Assembly (NCBI GenBank): GCA_951406725.2
Contig: OX597822.1
Location: 77,624,001-77,688,000 of the forward strand
Direction: 5' to 3'
DNA length: 64,000 nt
From: Octopus vulgaris
Taxonomy: Eukaryota
The number at the start of each line of letters is the position of its first letter. Position 1 is the stretch's first letter. Below, piece after piece: positions 39,339 through 55,858 of this stretch. The notes under the pieces were generated by a model, which searched no databases, had not been told where the DNA came from, and saw nothing but the letters and a program-made list of their open reading frames with translations. The translations under genes and the position numbers were made by a program.

Positions 39339-40297
39339 GGCTTACACCAAATCCATTCAAAGTTCTCACACCTACATGCACATTTATACTGTGTGTTTGT
39401 GTGTGTGGGTGTTTGATGTGTTATTTGTTTTTATTATACATTGATAAATTATATCCATAGCAAGACAGACAGACAGACTCTAATGGACAAATGTTGTTGT
39501 TCTTAATACATTTGCCCTCATTGATTTGCTTTGTAAGACATTTATCAAGTTTAAGTAAATTAAATGCAAGTGTGTTAGTAGTTAGAATATAAAATGTTGG
39601 TAACATTTTTGTTGAATATTTTGTGATATTTATGGTGATGAGAAAAATGTTTTCTCGTTAATTTCAAGAAATTATTTGCTATTGCCATTTTGCTAGTCAT
39701 ATTAAAAAAATAGATTATACTAAGTGATGCTTTATCTTATCTTATTGTTGACAGTGGGTTTAATGGTTTCTTTCATATATTTATTTTCCATTGAATCTAG
39801 TTTTCATCAGAACTTCTTTGCAATATATAGCTGAGTTAGTAATTTCTTTTTTCTCATGGCTGAGATATTAGAGAATGAAGAACATGTTGTGAAGTATGTT
39901 GCTGCCAATACATCTAGTGTGTGTGGAATGTAATTGGTTGTTCTTTTCAAGTTTTTTTTTTTCGATAGACAGCATTGACTGGCATAAATTTAAAGTAACA
40001 TCTAAGAAATTAGTAAATACCATATTGTTACTAGTAACTGTTACATATGTCTGGTTTGTAAAAAGACAAGTACAGGTTTTTCTTCATTCTTTCTGTATTC
40101 TTTCTGGAGGTTAGGATGTTCATAACTAGGACACTGTCAATTCGATAAATGCATCTTCTGTTATCGAGAACTTCATCAACTTGGTTAGCAGACATGTTCC
40201 TGTTAAGTCACTGATATTGACAGAGAAATGGGCATCCATACTCAGATCAAAAATGACTAACAATAATTTTCTATTCCACATAACTTTACCAATATAT

Positions 40298-40347
<50 letters not shown>

Positions 40348-41329
40348 ATGCGTGCTAGTGTCTCCTTGGAATAGATTGAAAGAAGTCACTGCTCCTGGAG
40401 AAAAGACAAGAAGGATATGCCAAGCATATATCTATATACATATCATCAACATCATCATCTTTTAATGTCTGCTTTCCATGCTAGCATGGGTTGGATAGGT
40501 TGATAGAAGCTGCCAAACCTGAGGACTGTACCAAGCTCTGTTACCTGCTTCGGCATGATTTCTACAGCTGGGTGCCCTTCCCAATGCCAACCAATTTACA
40601 GAGAGTTCTGGGTGCTTTTATCATGGTGCCAGCATTGGCAAGGTCACCTAGTAACTTGTGAGACAAAGGCACCTCACTGAGTTAGCAAATAGCATTGAGG
40701 GAAGTAGTTTTGTGCCAGTTGATGACAGGTTAACGAATATAATGGTGGGATAGAGATAAGTGTCTTGCTACAGCTATCCCAGTTGGAATAGAGATGGAGA
40801 GACAGAGAGAAAGAAATGGTGGTGGAGATGTGTTTTGACTACCTTCAAGGTACATTGGGTGGTGGGGTGAATATAAGGGCTAGAGGTTTGAACTGGATGA
40901 ATGGGCAGGGGAAGGATAGAGGGGATAAGATAGGATAGAGATGACTAGAATAAGTGATGGTGAGATATTTAGAAGTGGCTCTGGTGGGAGGGTGCAGTTA
41001 TGGTAGATATACGTGAGCATTGAGAGTGACAGCAGATAAGAGGGGTTCGAGGATGGAGTATAGCAAGAGGAGAGATCAATAGCTGAAGGTACAGAAAGGA
41101 GGTGATTGGTGGAAATAATAGGAAGAGAAGATAATGAAAATCAGAAGTGATTTCAGAGAGGGTGAGGAGGAAGGTAATCAAAAGGGAGGGGACATAACTT
41201 GTGCCTATTCTGCTCCAAAAGTTGAATAGCACCCTAGACAGAGAAGTGATGAGAGCTAGGGGATGAGATGTGGAGGTGGGGTAGAGCCCTTCGTGTACAG
41301 ACATTACCAAAGTGGCTTTAGGATATCAT

Positions 41330-41850
41330 TTCTGCTCAAGTGGACAGGTTTTCTTGAGCACAGCAGAACACCAATCATCTCCTCCATAAAGCTCAATATC
41401 CAGAGATTGGCCTTCTATACTATATCCCATGTCTTCCTGGGTCTGCCACTACCACAAGTTCCATCCACTTTAAGTGAGTGGCACTTCTTTATGCAAAAGC
41501 CCTTGTTCATATGCATCACACGACCAAACAAAGATGGCCTTCTCTCTTGCACATTACTTCTAGTTCTTTTTATTCCTAACTTTTCTCTCTATACACTTGT
41601 ACTTTATTGTACATCATGCACACTGACATTGCACATCCAATGGAATATACTAACTTCGTTCTTCTCTAGTCTTTGCATGTCCTATGCATTGCAGACTCAT
41701 GTCTTATTACGATATAGCATCACCACTTGTACACAAATATCGTACAATCTTTTCACTTGGAGAGAAAGACCTTTTGTTGCTAACAGAGGTAAAAGCTCTC
41801 TGAATTTTCTATATACTATTCTTATTGTAGCAACTACAAAATACATTGTC
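41330..41850 (-). pseudogene. Decayed RTE RT C-terminal fragment
   Basis: IRIVYRKFRELLPLLATKGLSLQVKRLYD matches VRIAWAKFRELLPLLVTKGLSHRVKGRLYD of the intact RTE. Confidence 0.85.
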
Positions 41851-42552
41851 CTATGCTCATCAGAGAATGAACATATCTGAATAATCTTTTTTATTAGTTT
41901 TATCAGGAATAACAAGATATATTTAAATGTATTTACTTTTGTTTATAGAAAACACCTGAAAAGCTGTAGCTCAGTTACATTAAACTTAATTTCAGTTTTC
42001 TAAGGTACATTCTGTTCTACATAAAATATTTGTTAATTTCATAATTATCCTACAGACTATCACATGGCATGCAGTTTAGCCTAACCATTACAACTAAGTT
42101 CTGGTTTGTGTTTGCTTTAAATAGTGACTGTTATAAATTTTCTACATGACAATAAAGATGAGGATTAATATTCTTTGATAGCTTTATAGCCAACTGGCAA
42201 TAAAATATGCCAGGATAATCTATTTATCTGTGTGCAAAGAGAAAAACAAAAATGTATTTACATCTTTTTAAGTTCTGCAGTGAAGGCCCAAATAGCTGTA
42301 GTCTAACCCTGTTAAATTTACCTCACACATATTTTTATGTATTTGTGCATGTGTGTGTGTATAAATGTGTAGATTGAACTGTCTCAAGTGTAACTGCCCA
42401 AAACTGTCATAACTTCTGGTACTATACTGAGGAAAGATGGCCACAAATGACCCGTATTTTTTGCCTGTCCTTCTAATTGTTGTTTCTCTTGTCCGCCTTT
42501 GTATCATCTATCTGTCCAAATGTTTTATTGTCCTCTATTGTGTTTTTGTTCC

Positions 42553-42595
<43 letters not shown>

Positions 42596-42818
42596 TAAAT
42601 ACGTACGTAAACATATGTATACACACATGCAATATACATACTATACATGTGCGCACACACACACACTTATGCAACAGGCTTCTTGAAGTTTCCATCTACC
42701 AAATCCGTTCATAAGGCTAAAATAGAAGACACTATTGCTCATGGTACCTCACAGTGAGACTGATCCCGAAAACATATTGTTGGGAAGCAAACTTCTTAAC
42801 CACATACCCACCCCTGCA

Positions 42819-42864
<46 letters not shown>

Positions 42865-42929
42865 TCATCATCATCATCTTTTAACGTCCGGTTTCCATGC
42901 TAGCATGGGTTGGATGGATATATATATAC

Positions 42930-43315
42930 TTTTATTTGTTTCAGTCATTTGACTGCAGCCATGCTGGAGCACTGCCTTTTAGTCGAAGAAATTGACCCCA
43001 GGACTTAATTTATGTAAGCCTAGTACTTATTCTATCGGTCTCTTTGATGAACTGCTAAGTTACGGTGACATAAACACACCAACATCAGTTGTCAAGTGAT
43101 GGTGGGGGAGAAATACAGACACACAAGCATATACATACATATATAAATATATATATACGACAGGCTTCTTTCTGTTGCCATTTACCAAATCCACTCACAA
43201 GGCTTTGGTTGGCCTGAGGCTATCGTAGAAGAGGGTTGCCCAAGGTGCCATGCAGTGGGATGGAACCCAGAACCATGTATTAAGGAAGCAAGCTTCTTAC
43301 CACACAGCTATGCCT
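42930..43315 (-). mobile_element. CORE-type SINE, full length
   Basis: Same consensus on the minus strand. Confidence 0.85.
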
Positions 43316-43350
43316 GTGTCTTTATATACATACATATACACACACACATG

Positions 43351-43402
<52 letters not shown>

Positions 43403-43405
<3 letters not shown>

Positions 43406-44090
43406 TCATCATCATCATCATCATCGTTTAACGTCCGTACTCCATGCTAGCATGGGTTGGACGGTTCGACCGGGGATCTGGGAAGCCAGAAGGCTGCACC
43501 AGGCTCCAGTCTTATCTGGCAATGTTTCTACAGCTGGATGCCCTTCCTAACGCCAATCACTCCGTGAGTGTAGTGGGTGCTTTTTACGTGCCACCTGCAC
43601 AGGTGCCAGGCGAGGCTGGCAACGACCACGGTCGGATTGGTGTATTTTATGTGCCACCGGCACGGAAGCCAGTCGAGGCGGCGCTGGCATTGGCCACGAG
43701 TCGGATAGTGCTTTTTACGTACCACCAGACCAGGGATCCTGGCTGGTTCAATTTGATTTCGCTTGCCCCATATATATATATACACGTAAAAAGCACCATC
43801 TGAATCATGGTCAAAGCCAGTTCCGCCTCGACTGGCTTCCGTGCAGGTGGCACGTAAAATGCACCAATCCGACCGTGGCCGATGCCAGCCTCGCCTGGCT
43901 CCAGTGCAGGTGGCACGTAAAAAGCACCCACTACACTCACGGAGTGGTTGGCGTTAGGAAGGGCATCCAGCTGTAGAAACATTGCCAGATAAGACCGGAG
44001 CCTGGTGCAGCCTCCTGGCTTCCCAGATCCCCGGTCGAACCATCCAACCCATGCTAGCATGGAGAACGGACGTTAAACGATGATGATGAC
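43403..44090. repeat. Two RTE 3'-tail copies in inverted (head-to-head) arrangement
   Basis: 43403-~43730 (-) and ~43783-44090 (+) are reverse complements over ~300 bp. Confidence 0.9.
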
Positions 44091-45349
44091 ACACACACAC
44101 ACACATACACACACACACACATGCATACATATATACATACATACATAGTTGAAATTTATAGGAAAAAGACAAAGACAGGTGTATGAAGAACAAGCAGGTG
44201 TATTAGTTTATTAGTTTGACACTTGGGAAAATGAAAAAGTCTTTTACGTTTCAAGCTTTTCAACAGAAAGGAATAAGAGAAAGTAAACAGAGAGAGAATT
44301 GGAAAAAACCTTGTAGATTTCAGAGAGAGAGAGAGAAAGAGATTCATAACATAAATATATATGCATACACAACATGCACATATATGTATATATGTATATG
44401 CATGTATGTATGTTGTTGTTTTCTATTTGAATTCTTTCTGTTGCTGGATTCCCTGTGTAAAATTCCATTGTTTGACTTGGATAATGTTATGTTATCCAAT
44501 GTATTACATTCTAGTTACAGAAGCATTAATGACAATTCGGGATCAATGAACCTGAGAGAGCAAGGTCTTACCTCAGGGTGTGAGGTAGAGCTGTAAAGCA
44601 TGGATCCAACTGGAGAGAAGTAGAAAAGACAGAACAGGATTAGAACAGTAGAGAAGAGTCATTGAAAATGCTTGATTGGGAGTGAAGGACTTAAATAAGA
44701 ATCAACACATCTGCTATAGCCCCAGGCTGACCAATGCCTTGTGAGTGGATTTGGTAGACGGAAACTGAAAGAAGCTTGTCGTATATATGTATATATATAT
44801 ATGTATGTGTGTGTTTGTGTGTCTGTGTTTGTCCCCCTAGCATTGCTTGACAACCGATGCTGGTGTGTTTACGTCCCCGTCACTTAGCGGTTTGGCAAAA
44901 GAAACCGATAGAATAAGTACTGGGCTTACAAAGAATAAGTCCCGGGGTCAATTTGCTTGACTAAAGGCAGTGCTCCAACATGGCCACAGTCAAATGACTG
45001 AAACAAGTAAAAAGAAAGAAAAAGAAAAACATCTGTACTTTTTCTGTGAACTTTTATCGTTTACTTGTTTCAGTCATTAGACAGTGGCCATGATGGAGCA
45101 CGACCTTCAAGAATTTTTAGTCAAATGAATTGACCCCCAGTACAATTTTCTTTTTAAGCCTGGTACTTATTCTATTAGTTTTTTTGCCAAACTGCTAATT
45201 TATGGAGATGTAAACACACCAATGCCGGTTGTCAAGTGGTGGCGGGTGGACAAACACAGACATGAAGACACACAAATATATCCACAATGGACATCTTTCA
45301 GTTTCTTATTTCTTTATAGCCCACAAGGACAAACAAGGGGATTAACAAA

Positions 45350-45538
45350 GAGGGGACAAACAAAGGGATTAAGTCAATTACATCGACCCCAGTATGCAAC
45401 TGGTACTTAATTTATCGACCCCAAAAGGATGAAAAGCAAATTCGACCTTGGCGGAATTTGAACTCAGTGCGTAACAGCAGACGAAATACCTCTAAGCATT
45501 TCGCCTGGCGTGCTAACGTTTCTGCCAGCTCACCACCT
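45350..45538 (-). mobile_element. tRNA-derived SINE with Meta-like domain (copies at ~1565-1735, 35750-35930, 54132-54325, 58325-58500, all +)
   Basis: GAGCTGGCAGAAACGTTAGC...GAGTTCAAATTCC...CTTTTCATCCTTTTGGGGTCGATAAATTAAGTACCAG. Confidence 0.75.
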
Positions 45539-46342
45539 TTCAGTTTCTGGACATCTTCCAGTTTCTGTCTGCCAAATCCACTCACTAGGTGCTGTGCAGT
45601 GGGACTGAACCTGGAACCATGTGGTTGCAAAACAAGCTTCTAACTACACAGCCACATGCAACATCTCATGGCAAATCTTGATGTTTCTAGTTTCAGACAT
45701 AAACATTGTGTACTTCACCATTTGTTGCATCTAAATTGAAATTGAAATAGCTTTCTTGTTTACTGTACTAAAATATGGAAAGTAGATTATTCAACCAATA
45801 AATCCTAATGAAAGATGTTGAGAATTGTGGAATGTTCTTCATGAAGTTCTCTGGTTCTAATAAATACTTAAGTAGCCTGTACTGGACTTGACAAATATCT
45901 TCAAATTTAAAACTATAATGTCATTAGATGGTTATTAATAAGTTGTAGAGAAAGCTTCAAATGGTTATTTATGTGTCAATGAAGAAATGAATGAAACAGG
46001 AAATCAAAAACTAAGAGTGAAACTGGAACTGGAATCAATAATTGGTAACAGATGTGGAAATTGTGGAATGTAAGAATGTAAGTGATATAGTTATAATGAT
46101 ATAGTTATAATGTTAAATATTTAAATATGTAAACGGCTATATTGGTAGTGGCCAACATAGGCAAGTTAAAAATAAATGGTGATATGATAGAGGTCTGAAA
46201 TTTTTTTCGAAGAATGTATAATTATTATAATAATAGTAATGATTTCATTTATTTGCCACAAGGGCAAAGAATGAGGGGGAAATATAGAGACAAACTGAGT
46301 GTTGGGGTTTACATATAATAATGTAATGATAAAAACAAAAGT

Positions 46343-48825
<2,483 letters not shown>

Positions 48826-48839
48826 AAAGTATACATGGT

Positions 48840-49795
48840 ATACACTGAAAAAGAAGGGACAAAAGCATAGCATACAAAGGTTAAAAAAAAGTGGCGGGGA
48901 GGATGATAGAGACAGGCCCTCCTTATACAGAAAGGCCTCTAGGGATAATCGAGGAACTCCACTGTCCGAGATTTCACTGAAACTCTCGGAGCAAGTGTCC
49001 TCTCCAATTCCTTCTTTCTGACTCACAGGTCTACACTTAGAGAGGTACCAGTCACTCTTGCCATTTTCGCAACTTTCATCCACCTTGCAGTAAACTCACT
49101 CAAGGACAGCACTTCCCTCTCCATTCTCAGTTTCCTTTTCAAGTGGAACTTGAAGAAGTCAATGAGAGCTCTACCAAAGAGAAATGTATCTGTCCTCATG
49201 CTTTTCAACCTTGTCTACCAAACAACCTCTTTCACCACAGCCACCTGGCAAAGGAAAATTTCCTTGCCTGCCCCACTGAAAGAGGGCGGCGGTGCTATCA
49301 TTACTACAGACGTGGCATACAGACGGTTCCGTCCCTTATGTGACAGCTAGTGTTCAACATAATCCCACAAGTCAGCAATGCCCGAACACTGAATGAGGGT
49401 GTGCAAAACAGTTTCATCACTCTGCGCGTACCTTGAAAAAGTCCCTCTGACAGCACATCTGTGCCTGTAGGGTTTGTCTCGAACTGGTAGTGTCCCCAGC
49501 CCCGGTAGCACTGCCAGGCTAAGGACATCTGGAAATTATCCATGATAGTTCCTGACTGGAGAGTCCTCTGGAACACACTAACCAGTTGGTTCTCATCAGC
49601 ACCCAGAGTCTCCCCGAGAACATTGTCACACTTCCCCATCACTAATCCTCTATAAATTTCTAAAGCAGAACATCCACCGATCCTATTGCTCGACTGGTAG
49701 AGGGCTGTGAGTGCCTGGCAACATTTTAGGTGCCAGGCACCCAGTCTCAGTCTTTTCTTCACCCAAGACTGCAGCTCCGTCAAGGAGACAAGCTA
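48840..49795 (-). pseudogene. Decayed 3' fragment of a Tx1-like LINE related to 14280-19552
   Basis: MDNFQMSLAWQCYRG and FFKFHLKRKLRMEREVL align to MDNFQRSLAWQCYRN and YFRYHLKSKMGLEKRIL. Confidence 0.85.
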
Positions 49796-49803
49796 TGGAA
49801 AGA

Positions 49804-49856
<53 letters not shown>

Positions 49857-49933
49857 CCTTTCTACTAAAAGCACAAGGCTTGAAATTTGGTGGGAGGAGT
49901 CTAGTTGATTACATCAGTCGTGTATGAATAGAT

Positions 49934-50233
49934 AATTAAAAAAATTGGAGTCAACAAGGAGTATGGTTGGGCATTTATTTCTTAATCACTACAATTGTTT
50001 CCATGCAATGTAGTTCTCGAGGCATGCAAGTACTTGATTATGTAAACTCTTCCCTGCATTATGAGATTTAGTTGTGTTTCCTGAGGCAATATGTAAATAT
50101 TGTCTCCATAGTTCTGGTTGCATAATCAAGTACCTGCATACCTGAAGAACTACATTGTGTGGAAGCAATTGTAGTGTTTAAAAAATAAATGTCCGACCAT
50201 ATCCCTTCTGGGTGACTCCAATTTTTTTCAATT
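49934..50233. mobile_element. Inverted-repeat element (~110-bp arms) with degenerate hammerhead
   Basis: Arms ~49934-50046 and ~50117-50233; CTGAAGA...GAA(A/G)CAATTGTAGTG, same 3' half as the motif at 35491-35505. Confidence 0.65.
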
Positions 50234-50627
50234 ATATATATGTATGTATATGTATATATAGTAAATCCCAAAAAATGAAGAACAAACATGAAAAAACAAC
50301 AACGCGAGGACATGGTACATGTAAAGTATTAGCAGATGCTCAAGGAAGGAAAGAAAGGTGGTTTTGTTTCAAGCAGAGCTCTTCTTCAGAAACAGGAGAC
50401 ATAGGAAAGTCCAATAGAAAAGGAAGATGGAGGGAAAAAAATCGCCAACGATTCACATGTTTTTACATTTTGAAAAACGTGTGTTTGTGTGCCATGCTTA
50501 AAGATATGTATATATATATATATATATATATATGTAAAGACGGTAAGATAACAAAAGAAAGAAAGAGACCTCAATATTATGTAAATAGAGGAAATTTATC
50601 TGTGAAATAATATGTGACAATTATTTT

Positions 50628-50677
<50 letters not shown>

Positions 50678-50874
50678 TAAGCAATAAAGGGTTTGGCAAC
50701 GAATTGCCTTACCACATACCGAATTTATATATATATATATATATATATATATGATAATATGTTTTATCTTATATTGAATCTTTCTATAATATGTAATTTT
50801 TCTAAATGGTATAATCTAATTTTTCATTATTGAATTGATAAAAGGTGTTTTTTTTCTAATTTATATATACATGT

Positions 50875-51076
50875 TGATTCGCTAGCTTCTGCACGCATTT
50901 TTTTTTCTCTCCTTGTTTCTTTCTGTGTTTCTTTTCTGTGTATCTTTCTGTTGAAGAGCGTAGGCTCGAAACGTAAAAGACTTGTTTTATTTATATTCCT
51001 GAGCGCCATACTAATACAATTGTTTGTTTATATTCCACCTGCCTTCGTCTTTTGTTTATTTTCATAAAGCTTCCCG

Positions 51077-51080
<4 letters not shown>
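50875..51080 (+). repeat. Short dispersed repeat with variant minimal hammerhead (copies at ~37820-38005 + and ~44150-44300 -)
   Basis: CTTT-CTGTTGA-AGAGC(GTAG)GCTC-GAAACGTA-AAAG. Confidence 0.55.
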
Positions 51081-51118
<38 letters not shown>

Positions 51119-53815
51119 GCACACACAAAGTACAGGTGTGTGAAAACTCCCTATGATAAAAAGTAGAAAAGAGAACATGTTAAGATATATTTTGGGAATG
51201 GAGACAGTTGTGCAGACTCTATAATCATAGTTGTTTTATTTCACTAAATATTGATTATACAGAACACTAACTCACAGCCATTTTAGCTCATGGCACCACC
51301 CACCCCTTGGGATCTTGAATTTTTTTGTGACTCCTTAGACATCATTAGTGTAAAAATACTTCTATTTTGTCACAAAAGGTTTATAGTAGAAAGAGGTCAC
51401 CTTTGAAGAAAATTAAAAACCTGTAACAATAACGAAATTTATCAAAAAAAAAATTAAAGTTTAAATGTAAATTGTTTTAAATTAGTTTTATTATCATGAA
51501 AATTATTTCTAGGAATATTTTACCAAATGTATTATTTGTAATAAAAGCAATTTTGGTGAAAAAACATTACAACAAATAAGGATATTTTTTTTTTTTTGCA
51601 ATAGTAACCCTTTTTTTAAAACCATTAATGTAATAATCTCCATAAAAATATCAGTGTCTCTTAATTGGACATTATTCTCTGTTATTTTATTTCATGAAAA
51701 ATATTTTGTGGATTTCTTAAAACAACCATTTATAATCATACATTATTTTTCTGGTGTAACATACATAACAAAAAACATGTATTCATTCTCAGAAAATTAA
51801 TAACTTCTAAAAAAATTATCACATTTGAGCACAAAACTAAAATTCCTCAGTGTGGGTGTTTGGTTAGAGGCTTGCTTCTCAACTACATGGCTTCCAGTTC
51901 AATCTCACTGTGTGGCACCTTGGGTTAGTGTCTTCTACTTGTAGGTGGATTTGGTAGATGGAAATATCATATGTGTATGTGTGTGTTTGTCACTGTGTTT
52001 CACTCCCACCACCACCACCTGATAACTGGTGCTGGTTTGTTTATGTTCCCTTAATGTAACAGTTTAACAAAAGAGACCAATAGAATGAACACCAGGCTTA
52101 AAAAGTAATAATTACTGGGGTCAATTTGTTTTTTACTCTTTTACTTGTTTTAGTCATTTGACTGCAGCTATACTGGGGCACCGCCTTTAGTCGAGCAAAT
52201 CGGCCCCAGGACTTATTCTTTATAAGCCTGGTACTTATTCTATCGGTCACTTTTGCCGAACCTCTAAGTTACGGGGACGCAAACACACCAGCATTGGTTG
52301 TCAAGTGATGTTGGGTGGACAAACACAGACACACAAATACACACACACACACGTATATATATATATATATATATATACTTATAAGACGGGCTTCTTTCAG
52401 TTTCCGTCTACCAAATCCACTCACAAGGCTTTGGTTGGTCCGAGACTATAGTAGACGATACCAGTTGCATTTTTCCCAAACGGATCTACCACTCTGCTTG
52501 GAATATTCATTTCCAAGAGATCTTTGAACCTAATTTCCATATCATTGTGCTCTCTCTTCAAGTGCTCAATGAATACTAAAATGTCATCCTCTTGCAGTTC
52601 CTCTTCAGTAATGGCAAGAGGTTGAAAATAACCCCTTATGCCCAGTATTTATCCTAAATAGATTAAGCTTTCCAAAGAAAACACTTATAGCATCATCATC
52701 ATCATCATCTAATGTCTGTTGTCCATGCTGGCATGGGTTGGACAGTTTGACTGGGCTGGCACACTGGAAGGCTGCACCAAACTCCAGTCTGATTTGGCAT
52801 GGTTCTCTATGTCTGGATGCCCTTCCTAATGCCAACCACTCCAAGAGTGTAATGGGTTCTTTTACGTGCCACCGGCATGGATGTCATTTGCATGACACCA
52901 GTATCTGCCACAACTGCAATTTTGCTCAGCTTAATGGGCCTTCTTCTCAAGCATGACACAATGCCAAAGGTCTTGGTCATTGCCTCCGCAAGGCCCAACA
53001 CTCAAAAGGAACTCAACCACTTTTCCCCCATGAGGCCCAACGTTCGTAAATTAATTTTACCTTGTCATTGTTTGTTCAGCGAATTTAGCTTCTCAAATAT
53101 ATTTGTAAAATAGAATCTGTCATACTTGGCAGTTAGGATTTCTTCCCTAAGCTGCTTACTATTCAGAAACATTACAACACTATCTCAAAGTAATGCAATT
53201 ACCCTTAGAGATTGTCACTAGATATATTGAACTTCAAAGTACTAATATTTAATTCATGCAAGACTTTCCAGTGCCAACCTGATACTTTATTTATCAAGGA
53301 TAAATTATTATCAAGGTGTCAAATAAAATCCTTTTATTTTTTTTTTCCATCATGATGGAACTTTAGATGTAGAAATGCATTATGTGTGTGTGTGTGTGTG
53401 TAATTCATATGTGCAGCAATGAAATTTGTTTAAGGGGTGCAAACCTAGTTTTTCAGGAGAATGCTCAAAGTGTTTTCATTGCCCCACTACCACCACCACC
53501 ACCACCAAATTTTAAAGCGTGCTTGCTCCCCTATGCCTCTTGTTCCCAAGCCTATGGTGTGTGTATTTGTGTGTAAATTTGAAAGAAAAACAGACTGCAA
53601 TGAAAAATTTTAGAAAGAAAGAGAATGGGAGTTACGCACCCCTCCTTTACTGAGCCTGTGCTCCACTCCTAATTCCCCAATTTTTTTCTGTTCCTATTGA
53701 ATTTTGCCAAAGTACCTTTAGGATAATATGGCTCCAATTCAGGAAACACTGGGGTAGAGTATGTTTGTTGTTGTTGCTATAGTTATTTCATCACATGGTT
53801 ATAGCATAATGGATG

Positions 53816-53871
<56 letters not shown>

Positions 53872-53901
53872 CATCATTATTATTATCATCATCATCATCA
53901 T

Positions 53902-54082
53902 TTCATTGCCTTTGCACAGCTCCTAACACTGGAGATGTACTATGGTGTCAGCTGTTCACTACCAGTGAACTAAGGTAACACCCCTTATTTTTCAAGCACC
54001 ATCTGGAGTATTTGAGCGGTTCCAAGCAGAGCTGTTTTCTCCATGTGCTCCACCCTTATTGCAGCCCCTATTTCTTCCATGT
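53902..54082 (-). pseudogene. Short third R4/Dong-like 3' fragment
   Basis: Near-copy of 55466-55645, flanked by (TTA)n/(TCA)n. Confidence 0.75.
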
Positions 54083-54829
54083 ATTATTATTAATATTATT
54101 ATTTACCATCATCATCATCATCATCATCATTAAAGTGGTGAGCTGGCAGAGTTGCTAGAATGCTGGAAAAATGCTGCTACGTTTTTTCAAATTCCACCAA
54201 GGTGGACTTAGCCTTTCAACCTTTTAGATCAATGAAATAAATACGAGTTCAGCACTGGGGGTCAATGTAACTGACTTACCCACTCCCCCAAGGTTGCTGG
54301 CCTTGTGCTAAAATTTGAAACCATTATCATCATCATCTTCATCATCATCATTATTATTATTATAAAGAAAACAAAATGGAGAAGTACTGATGAACAACAA
54401 TTGACTTACATCAATTATTATTTATTAATTCAATGCAAATAGACTGCATCCCATCTAACAGCCGTTTCTGCTTCCAATGTTATATGGTATTGCCATTGAT
54501 ATGCAAAAGTATGTAAAAATATTAATCGTATTTGGTAATAAAACCGATCTGAAACAAGGAGCTTCATCAGAGTGAAGAATAAATAAAGAAAAGCATAGAG
54601 AAGAAAAAGGGAAAAGTTGAACATGGTTATAATCATACTATTTTGCTTGTTTGCATATGTATGCCCATGGTTAAATATAGGTAATATACCATTAGTGTAA
54701 TGGATACTTCTATCCCTTAGATGGTTATTTTAACCTCTGATTCAACTAACCTATTATTATTATATGAAAATGCACAGCTTATTTTGCTGGTTATGATGGA
54801 AAGTGTCAGCTGTCCACAACCAGCAGACT

Positions 54830-55420
54830 AAGGTGACACTTGTTTTACTGGTCATGCTTCAAGAACCCTGCAAAGAATTCTTGCAGTTCCAAGCAATGCT
54901 GATTTTTGTAAGTTTTCTACCTTCACACTTGCACTGATCTTTTACAGCCATGTAGGTAGTTGAGTCCTGATACTTCCAAGTGCACCAATTACTATTGGTA
55001 TCATGTCTACTCTCTTCATTGACCACAACCTTCGTATCTCCCACTTTAAATAATTGTAGCTGTTTATTTTTTCTTCTTACACATTGATCCTGTTGTCACC
55101 GGGGAATTCTATGTTGATAATCATACATGTCCTTTCTTTTTTATTCACCACAATAATGTCTGGTTTCCGATGTCTGGTCAGATGATCACTCTTGATCGTT
55201 ACATCCCACAGGATTTTGCATTTCTTTTCCTTGGTGACTCCTTCTGGGGCTTACTGATGCCATGTCTTTGCTCTTTGTAGACCATGATTTCCAGAGTTCC
55301 CAATGGATCAGTCTTGCCTCATTGTCATGGAGTCTTTTGTATTCGCATTGTGCCAATTTTAGGCAATTGCTAACAATGTGCCATACCGTTTCACCCCTCT
55401 CACCACACATTCTGCATTTG
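54830..55420 (-). pseudogene. Decayed R4/Dong-like LINE 3' fragment (CCHC + restriction-like endonuclease)
   Basis: CRMCGERGETVWHIVSNC...HRKPDIIVV...LQKSALLGTARIL. Confidence 0.8.
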
Positions 55421-55465
55421 TCACTATTGTTGTTATTATTATTATTATTATTGTTGTTGTTATTA

Positions 55466-55858
55466 TCATTGCCTTTGCACAGCTTCTAACACTGGAGATA
55501 CACTATAGTGTTAGCTGTTCACTACCAGTGAACTAAGGTAACACCTCTTATTTTTCGAGCACCTTCTGGAGTATTCAAGTGGTTCCAAGCAGTGCTGTTT
55601 TCTGCAAGTGCTCCACCTTTATTGCAGCCCCTATTTGTTCCACGTACTTCTCGAGATTTTTTCTCACTGTTCCCAGGGCTCCAACAATTATTGGTACTAC
55701 TGCTACCTTTTTCATCGACCACACTGCTTAACTTCCCAAGCTAACCTGTCATATCTATCGACTCTTCTTTCTTCCTTATCGCATACCTTGTTGTCAGCTG
55801 GGCATGCTATATCTATGATCCAGCATAGTTTGTTTTCTTTCTCAATTAAGACTATGAG
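55466..55858 (-). pseudogene. Second R4/Dong-like 3' fragment ending in a (TAA)-rich microsatellite
   Basis: CWIIDIACPAD...PIIVGALG...LQKTALLGT; the 3' UTR abuts (TTA/TTG)n at 55425-55470. Confidence 0.8.

Noticed and set aside
39420-40280. Possible decayed coding sequence (also 32090-32430)
   Set aside because: Multiple stops and no recognisable motif; needs tBLASTx.
40700-41330. Third monomer-related segment (GAAAATCAGAA, CTAGACAG matches to the 612-mer reverse complement)
   Set aside because: Matches are short and purine-rich; the segment may simply be the 3' UTR between the RTE RT fragment and its tail.
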